Shown: positions 58,747 through 64,000 of the stretch, piece after piece
Layout of the letters: every line of letters starts with the position of its first letter
How positions within the stretch are numbered: the stretch's first letter is position 1
NCBI GenBank assembly: GCA_038230375.1
Contig: JBBRNJ010000006.1
Location: forward strand, 1 to 64,000
Length of the DNA: 64,000 nucleotides
Source of the DNA: Polyangiales bacterium
GTDB taxonomy: Bacteria > Myxococcota_A > Polyangia > Polyangiales > Polyangiaceae
Reading direction: 5' to 3'
The notes under the pieces: model-generated
Database searches by the model: none
What the model was told of the DNA's origin: nothing
Seen by the model: only the letters and a program-made list of their open reading frames with translations
Program-made: the position numbers and the translations under genes

Positions 58747-58836
58747 TGGCGGAAGCCGGAGGACTCGCACCTCACGCAGCATGAGCCGCGCGCACTGCTT
58801 TCGAAGCAGGCTCGATCCTCGATCGATTCGTCTTCC
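58747..58836 (-). tRNA. Irregular tRNA-Ser(CGA), 8/4 fold, CCA encoded
   Basis: Acceptor GGAAGACG/CGGCTTCC, D-arm TCGATC-GAG-GATCGA, loop TTCGAAA, V-arm CGCGGC-TCAT-GCTGCG, T-arm GAGG-TGCGAGT-CCTC, G-CCA. Confidence 0.82.
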
Positions 58837-58881
58837 ATGGGGTCAATGTCGAAGTCGAAGTCTACGTCGGCGGTGATGCGG

Positions 58882-58953
58882 TCTCCCCGCCAGGAATCGA
58901 ACCTGGACAACCGGCTTCGTAGACCGATGCTCGGACTCCACCGAGACAAGGAG
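58882..58953 (-). tRNA. Irregular tRNA-Arg(ACG)
   Basis: Acceptor CTCCTTG/CGGGGAG, D hairpin CTCGG-TGGAGT-CCGAG, TCGGT-CTACGAA-GCCGG, CCAGG-TTCGATT-CCTGG; followed by CCG instead of CCA. Confidence 0.82.
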
Positions 58954-58971
58954 GAAGTGACGCGAAAGAAG

Positions 58972-59042
58972 TGGAACCGGCGAGACTCGAACTCGCATCG
59001 CCTGGGTGCAAACCAAGCATTCTCCCGTTGAAATACGATCCC
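58972..59042 (-). tRNA. tRNA-Ala(TGC), no encoded CCA
   Basis: Acceptor GGGATCG/CGGTTCC with the G3:U70 Ala determinant and A73; CTTGG-TTTGCAC-CCAGG; GCGAG-TTCGAGT-CTCGC. Confidence 0.88.
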
Positions 59043-59043
59043 G

Positions 59044-59116
59044 TGGCGGGTCGCGAAGGAATCGAACCTTCTCTGCGAGTGTTGGAAGCTCGTTGGTCAC
59101 CATGACTCTGCGGCCC
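59044..59116 (-). tRNA. Irregular tRNA-Trp(CCA), CCA encoded
   Basis: Acceptor GGGCCGC/GCGACCC (one mismatch), CGAGC-TTCCAAC-ACTCG, GAAGG-TTCGATT-CCTTC, G73-CCA. Confidence 0.8.
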
Positions 59117-59135
59117 ATGCGCGCGTTGCGCTCCG

Positions 59136-59209
59136 CGCCCCTGGCGGGATTCGCGCCCGCGTTTTCCGGTTGAAGGCCGGACATCCTGAGCTCGCTAGAA
59201 GACAGGGGC
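59136..59209 (-). tRNA. Irregular tRNA-Glu(TTC), no encoded CCA
   Basis: Perfect acceptor GCCCCTG/CAGGGGC, Glu-like D-arm, TCCGG-CCTTCAA-CCGGA, GCGGG-CGCGAAT-CCCGC, G73. Confidence 0.8.
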
Positions 59210-59257
59210 ATTGAGCGGAGCGAGCGACGTTGCTCGCGTCCGCGATGATTGGCACTG

Positions 59258-59271
59258 GTTTTCAAGGAACA
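59258..59271 (-). promoter_or_regulatory. boxA-like Nus antitermination element
   Basis: TGTTCCTTGAAAAC, about 50 nt upstream of the first tRNA; resembles rrn boxA (GTTCTTTGAAAAC type). Confidence 0.6.
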
Positions 59272-59469
59272 GCCGCGGGGAGGCGCCACGGACGAAAGTA
59301 CGAATTGAAGACAAAACTATCGCGTTTGATTGCGCGATTTGATGCACCATCAATTATCGAATGAACGTGCGAGCGAGTCCGGCGGGCGAGGGCCCTGTCC
59401 GGGCGGACCAACTACAGAGACGGGAGAGGCATCAACGCGGCGGTCCAGGTGCGTGAGCTACAAAGCGAC

Positions 59470-59500
59470 GAAGGCCGCCTGGGTATCCCGGGCGGCCTTC
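59470..59500 (-). terminator. Leader terminator/attenuator hairpin
   Basis: GAAGGCCGCC-CGGGATACCCA-GGCGGCCTTC: 10-bp perfect stem plus inner pairs, followed by GTCGCTTTGT (weak U tract). Confidence 0.65.
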
Positions 59501-59530
59501 AGCGTCGTGAACGACGTGTAGAGATCCGCC

Positions 59531-59695
59531 CTAGATGGGAACTTCCAGGCTCGCTTCCCGGCGCGAGAGCCAGCGCGCCGCACGCAAGCTCATCGGCCCG
59601 AGCTCACGCGAGCCTGCACGCGAGCACTTGCTGCTCGATCGGCTTGAATAGAGAACGTGGTGGGCGATGGGGTTCATGGTCAGCTCGTTATACAT
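59531..59695 (-). CDS. Putative 54-aa leader peptide (MYNELTMNPIAHHVLYSSRSSSKCSRAGSRELGPMSLRAARWLSRREASLEVPI)
   Basis: Hand-translated; ends 30 nt before the terminator hairpin; alternative start at ATG 59677. Confidence 0.55.
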   Translation of the reverse strand: MYNELTMNPIAHHVLYSSRSSSKCSRAGSRELGPMSLRAARWLSRREASLEVPI

Positions 59696-59723
59696 GGACG
59701 GCGCAGGCGCGCATCCGATTCAC

Positions 59724-59752
59724 GTTATGCCTCGGCCTCCTTCAAACGTCAA
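59724..59752 (-). promoter_or_regulatory. Sigma70-like promoter for the tRNA-rtcB operon
   Basis: TTGACG-N17-CATAAC (overlapping TAACGT) in an AT-rich patch. Confidence 0.55.
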
Positions 59753-59931
59753 GATTAAATCCGAATATTCAAACGCCATAGATTTGAAAAGCGACACGCC
59801 CGTTCGGAGAGATCGCTATCCGACTACATGTGGCAATAGTCTGGTCGCTGGGCACGTCGTCGCCTGGGAGGTTCCGCCCGGCGAGCGCATTTCGCTTGCC
59901 CGAGTCGATCACGCCGACAACAATTCGCGCC

Positions 59932-60927
59932 ATGCAATCCGTCGCTGCGTCCTCCATCCTTGGTGTCGGTCACTACGTTCCCCCGAAGGTCGTCACCAAC
60001 GCTGATCTCGCGAAGCTCATGAACACGTCCGACGAGTGGATCGTGCAGCGCACCGGCATCAAGGAGCGTCGCTACGTGGACAACGAGGGCGTCATGGCGA
60101 GCGATCTCGCGCTCCCCGCAGCGAAGATGGCGCTCGCGAACGCCGGTCTCACGGAGAAGGACGTTGACGCGATCATCTTCGCGACGCTCTCGCCGGATGC
60201 GCATTTTCCAGGCTCGGGATGCTTCCTTGGCAAGAAGCTGGGGTTGCCCGGCATCCCCGCGCTCGACGTCCGGAACCAGTGCGCGGGCTTCCTCTACGGC
60301 CTCTCCATCGCGGATGCGTGGGTGCGCGCCGGCGTGTACGAGCGCGTGCTCCTGGTCGGGGCGGAGGTGCATCAGTGGGGGCTCGACTTCACGGATCGCG
60401 GCCGCGACGTCGCGGTGCTCTTCGGTGACGGCGCCGGCGCCGTGGTCATCGGCGCTGCCACCACACCGGGGCAGGGGCTGAAGAGCCTGGAGGTCCACTC
60501 GGACGGAACGGGCGCGACCGATCTCTGGATGGAGGCGCCCGCGAGCCGCATCACGAAGGAGATCGTCGAAGAGGGCCGGCACTTCCCGAAGATGAATGGC
60601 AAGCAGGTCTTTCGCTGGGCCACCGAGAAGATGCAGGAGGCCGCGCTCTCGGCCATGAGCAAGGCGGGCGTGACCGCCGCCGACATCGATCTTTTCGTGC
60701 CGCACCAGGCGAACCTTCGCATCAACCAGTTCGTCGGACAGAAGCTCGGCATCCCCGAGTCGAAGACCGTCGCCAACATCGAGAAATACGGCAACACCAC
60801 GGCAGCCACGATCCCACTTGGCCTGTCCGAGGCCATGATCGAAGGCCGCTGCAAGCGCGGCGACACGCTGCTCTTCGCCGCATTCGGAAGCGGCTACACC
60901 TGGGGCGCCGCCGTCCTCACGCTCTGA
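59932..60927 (+). CDS. fabH: 3-oxoacyl-ACP synthase III
   Basis: TSDEWIVQRTGI, NQCAGF, FGDGAGA, HQANLRI, YGNTTAA, FGSG; start MQSV. Confidence 0.92.
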   Translation: MQSVAASSILGVGHYVPPKVVTNADLAKLMNTSDEWIVQRTGIKERRYVDNEGVMASDLALPAAKMALANAGLTEKDVDAIIFATLSPDAHFPGSGCFLGKKLGLPGIPALDVRNQCAGFLYGLSIADAWVRAGVYERVLLVGAEVHQWGLDFTDRGRDVAVLFGDGAGAVVIGAATTPGQGLKSLEVHSDGTGATDLWMEAPASRITKEIVEEGRHFPKMNGKQVFRWATEKMQEAALSAMSKAGVTAADIDLFVPHQANLRINQFVGQKLGIPESKTVANIEKYGNTTAATIPLGLSEAMIEGRCKRGDTLLFAAFGSGYTWGAAVLTL

Positions 60928-60987
60928 CGCGCGCGTTGTCAGGTCTTGTCAGTGGACCTTGTCCCGCACGGTTGGGATGATGCACCC

Positions 60988-61677
60988 ATGCGTCGTCGCC
61001 TCGCCTCTCTCCGCGTGGTCCCTGTTGCGGCAGCGGCGCTCCTCTCGTTCGTCGCGCTCGCTGCACCCGCGCGCGCGGCGCCGGAGCCGCCGAATGACGC
61101 GTTCCACCACGTAGGCGTCACGACGAATCTCCTCGGACCACTCAACGATACCTACCAGGCGAGCATCGAGGGCGTCGTCGATCCGCGCTGGTCGTTCACC
61201 GTGGCCCCATGGATAGCCTCGGGTCGAGCGACGGGCGGCGAGCGCGCCTTCGAATTCTGGGGTGACTTCTCCGTCTACACTGTGAAGTTCGATGCCGTCG
61301 GCATCGACACGCAAGTTCGTCGCTATGTCGGGCCCTGGCGCGGCGCCTCAGGGCCGTTCGTCGCGGTCGGTCTTGACGGTTCGCGATTCAGGCTGAAGGG
61401 CGATGGCTGCCGCTACCCCCTCCTCGGGGAGCGCTCGGCGCCTCCCTGCGACAACGGACGAGAGTCCAGGATCACCTACGTGGGGCCCACCGCCGACATG
61501 GGCGCTCAGCTGGTGTTGCCCGTCGGCTTCACCGTCGGCGGATCGATCGGCCTGCGCTATCGCTTCGTGCCGGACGGGGACATCCACGCGTTGACGCTCC
61601 CTTCTACATTTGACGCCGCGCATGGACCGGGCTTCGGGCTGCGGCTCCGCGCCTTCATCGGGTGGTCCTTCTTGTGA
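60988..61677 (+). CDS. Putative outer-membrane beta-barrel protein
   Basis: Signal peptide; amphipathic strands; C-terminal FIGWSFL. Confidence 0.6.
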   Translation: MRRRLASLRVVPVAAAALLSFVALAAPARAAPEPPNDAFHHVGVTTNLLGPLNDTYQASIEGVVDPRWSFTVAPWIASGRATGGERAFEFWGDFSVYTVKFDAVGIDTQVRRYVGPWRGASGPFVAVGLDGSRFRLKGDGCRYPLLGERSAPPCDNGRESRITYVGPTADMGAQLVLPVGFTVGGSIGLRYRFVPDGDIHALTLPSTFDAAHGPGFGLRLRAFIGWSFL

Positions 61678-61759
61678 GTGGACGGTGGGTCGAGCCGCGC
61701 TCGGGAACGGCTTACGCACTGCTCTTTGTGTGATTTCCGGGTAGCCTTCCGGGGACATC

Positions 61760-62206
61760 ATGAGCGCGCTCACGGACATCCCCAGCCAGTTCTTCGTTGC
61801 GCGACTGGCAGCGGCGACCGATCGCGACGTGATCATGCTGCTCGCGAAGGAGCTCGGTGAGCACGTCCACGCCACGTTCGCGGAGGCCGCGTGTGCGCGC
61901 GAGAAGCACTCGCCCACCGGGTTGCCCTTCGGCGACGTAGGCGTGGCCATTCCGCATGGCGAGCCAGAGCATGTGAAGACGCCGGCGATCGTGCTCGCGT
62001 CGCTCGCGAAGCCCGTGCGCTTCCGGCAGATGGGCTCGCCGCGCACCTTCGTGGAGGTGTCGCTCGTGGTGATGCCCGCGCTCACGGCCAAGGAGCAGGC
62101 GGCGGCCACGCTGTCGGGCATCATCACATTGTTGCAGGATGCAACCATTCGCGCCGCGCTCGCGAACGCGACCACTGCGGAAGAGATGCGGAGCGCGCTC
62201 GCATGA
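61760..62206 (+). CDS. PTS IIA component (Fru/Gat type)
   Basis: REKHSPTGL, VAIPHG (phospho-His), PVRFRQMG. Confidence 0.88.
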   Translation: MSALTDIPSQFFVARLAAATDRDVIMLLAKELGEHVHATFAEAACAREKHSPTGLPFGDVGVAIPHGEPEHVKTPAIVLASLAKPVRFRQMGSPRTFVEVSLVVMPALTAKEQAAATLSGIITLLQDATIRAALANATTAEEMRSALA

Positions 62207-63630
62207 GCCTCGACGGATTCGTCCACTACGTGCTCTCTCTCGGGCCGCCCGTGATGATGCCCATCTTCATCACGCTGCTCGGGCTCCTCTTCCGTCAGGG
62301 CATCGCGAAGAGCGTGCGCGCGGGACTCACCGTGGGCGCGGGGTTCATCGCGATCGGGCTCGTGGTCGGTCTGCTCGTGAACGTCGTCGGTCCCAAGGCC
62401 ATGGCGTTCGCGGACGTGCTCGGCCTCAAGCTGGACATCCTGGACGTGGGCTGGCCCATGGGCGCCGCGGTGTCGTTTGCATCACCCATTGCCGCCGCGC
62501 TCATCCCGGTCATCCTTGCGCTGAACGTGGTGCTCGTGCTCACGAAGCAGACGCGCACGATCGACGTCGACCTCTGGAACTACTGGCACTTCATCTACAC
62601 CGGCGCGCTGATCCACGCGGCCACGGGCAGCATGCTGCAGGGCGTGCTGGGCGCGTGCATCACGGCATTCATCATCTTCAAGCTCGCCGACTGGACCGCG
62701 CCCATGGTCGAGAAGCACTTCGGGCTTCCGGGCATCTCGCTTCCGCACACGGAGACCATCAACTGGGCGCCGCTGATGTTCGCGCTCGAGCGCGTGTGGC
62801 GGCTCGTGCCGTTCCTTCGCGACGTGGAGGCGGACCCCACGGCGGTGCGCAAGCGTCTGGGCATTCTGGGCGAGCCGCTGCTCATGGGCGCAATGCTCGG
62901 CATCCTCCTTGGCGTGCTCGGCGCCATCCCGCTCTTCCGCGCGCACCGCTACGGCGAGTGGTTCAAGGAGATCGCCACGCTCTCGGTCACGATGTCGGCC
63001 GTACTGATCGTCCTGCCCAAGGTCGTGGCCATCTTGATGGAGGGCCTCATCCCCATCTCGGAAGGCGCGCGCGACTATCTGCAGAAGCGTTTTCCTGGTC
63101 GCGATCTCCTGATCGGCCTGGATGCGGCCGTGGTCATCGGGCACCCGGCGAACATGGCGATCGCGCTGCTCTGCGTGCCGATCGCGCTGCTGCTCGCCGT
63201 GGTCCTGCCCGGCAATCGCATGCTGCCGTTCGGCGATCTTGCGGCCCTGCCGTTCTACATCCTGTGGGGTGTCGCCGCGGCGCGCGGGAACATGGTGCGC
63301 GGGCTCCTCAACGCGATCGTCGTCATCGTGCTCATCCTGCTCATTGGCACCAGCCTTGCGCCGCTCACCACGGAGCTGGCGCAGTCCGCCGGCTTCAGGC
63401 CCGAGGGAGTGGGAGATGCTGCAAAGTACACGCAATGGTCCGGCGTCGCGCTCGGCAGCCACGTGGTGCCGTGGATGGTGCTGCAGCTGTTCCGGCCGGG
63501 CATGCGCTGGGTGGGCGCGGTGACGCTCGGCGGGTTCGTCGCCATCTGGTGGTGGGTGCGCCGTGACGTGCTCTCCGAGCCCGAGAAGAACGGCGAGCCT
63601 GCGAAGAAGGACGATGGAGGCAAGGACTGA
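62203..63630 (+). CDS. PTS galactitol-family IIC permease (GatC-like)
   Basis: LDVGWP, DVDLWNYWH, LADWTAP, GISLPH, LMEGLIPISE, IGLDAAV, PGNRMLPFGDL. Confidence 0.9.
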   Translation: MSLDGFVHYVLSLGPPVMMPIFITLLGLLFRQGIAKSVRAGLTVGAGFIAIGLVVGLLVNVVGPKAMAFADVLGLKLDILDVGWPMGAAVSFASPIAAALIPVILALNVVLVLTKQTRTIDVDLWNYWHFIYTGALIHAATGSMLQGVLGACITAFIIFKLADWTAPMVEKHFGLPGISLPHTETINWAPLMFALERVWRLVPFLRDVEADPTAVRKRLGILGEPLLMGAMLGILLGVLGAIPLFRAHRYGEWFKEIATLSVTMSAVLIVLPKVVAILMEGLIPISEGARDYLQKRFPGRDLLIGLDAAVVIGHPANMAIALLCVPIALLLAVVLPGNRMLPFGDLAALPFYILWGVAAARGNMVRGLLNAIVVIVLILLIGTSLAPLTTELAQSAGFRPEGVGDAAKYTQWSGVALGSHVVPWMVLQLFRPGMRWVGAVTLGGFVAIWWWVRRDVLSEPEKNGEPAKKDDGGKD

Positions 63631-63632
63631 CC

Positions 63633-64000
63633 ATGCAGCCCAGGAAGGTCACGCTTCCAGATGCGCTGCACGCGAGGCCTGCGAGCCTTCTCGTACGTGT
63701 AGCGAGCGGCTTCGTCGCCACGATCGCAGTGGTGAAGGGCGAGCGTCGCGCGAACGCAAAGTCGATCCTCGAAGTTCTCTCGCTGGGCGCCGCAAAGGGC
63801 GACAACGTGGAGCTCCTGGTCGAAGGCGACGACGCGGACGCCGCGATGCAAGCGCTGCTCGCGTTGATCGACCAAAATTTCTCGGCTGATCTGGTCCCGC
63901 AGACGGGCGCCACGTCTGTACCCGGCATCGCAGTCGGGCGTGCTCACGTGCTGGCGCCGGCCGACGTCGCCGATACGGTCACGGATGCCGCAGCCCGCTT
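63633..64000 (+). CDS. HPr domain fused to Enzyme I N-terminus (multiphosphoryl transfer protein); runs off the window
   Basis: ALHARPAS, NAKSILEVLSLG, then no stop and SVPGIAVGRA typical of the EI start. Confidence 0.8.
   Translation, partial: MQPRKVTLPDALHARPASLLVRVASGFVATIAVVKGERRANAKSILEVLSLGAAKGDNVELLVEGDDADAAMQALLALIDQNFSADLVPQTGATSVPGIAVGRAHVLAPADVADTVTDAAAR

Noticed and set aside
59066..59096. Reading the Trp tRNA as Gly(TCC)
   Set aside because: Stem register CGAG/CTCG centres the loop on CCA, and G73 fits Trp rather than Gly.
59161..59181. Reading the first tRNA as a TCA (opal/Sec) anticodon
   Set aside because: The perfect TCCGG/CCGGA stem centres the loop on TTC, and the body aligns with tRNA-Glu.
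59250..59264. Sigma54-like TGGCAC-N5-TTCA
   Set aside because: Wrong strand for rtcB and lacks the -12 TTGC; overlaps the better boxA call.
58732..59289. Short ORFs called over the tRNA array
   Set aside because: The region is explained by six cloverleaf structures.
1..64000. CRISPR arrays, transposases, integrases, rRNA
   Set aside because: None recognised by eye or in the ORF track.

Overview
A high-GC bacterial chromosome segment. Gene content (Glt/Agl-type TPR-GltF-GltG cluster, MYXO-CTERM protein, Ser/Thr kinase, many lipoproteins) points to a myxobacterium, probably Polyangiales. It carries housekeeping genes (ftsE-ftsX-envC-like, leuA-family, grpE-dnaK, pcrA/uvrD, egtB-egtD, fabH, galactitol-type PTS), a TA pair, a split PEP-dikinase with two MFS transporters, and secreted hydrolases. 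The most striking region is 57190-59790 on the minus strand, which the ORF track largely misses. In transcription order it has: a sigma70-like promoter, a 54-codon leader ORF, an antiterminator/terminator pair, a boxA-like element, six irregular tRNA genes (Glu-TTC, Trp-CCA, Ala-TGC, Arg-ACG, and two tRNA-Sec-like 8/4-fold Ser tRNAs, CGA and GCT), then rtcB. The leader ORF is strongly enriched in codons read by those six tRNAs. I infer a tRNA-depletion-sensing attenuator that switches on a backup-tRNA plus tRNA-repair operon. Many genes in the window also look leaderless (TANNNT-N6/7-ATG). All calls come from reading the sequence by eye; no searches were run.
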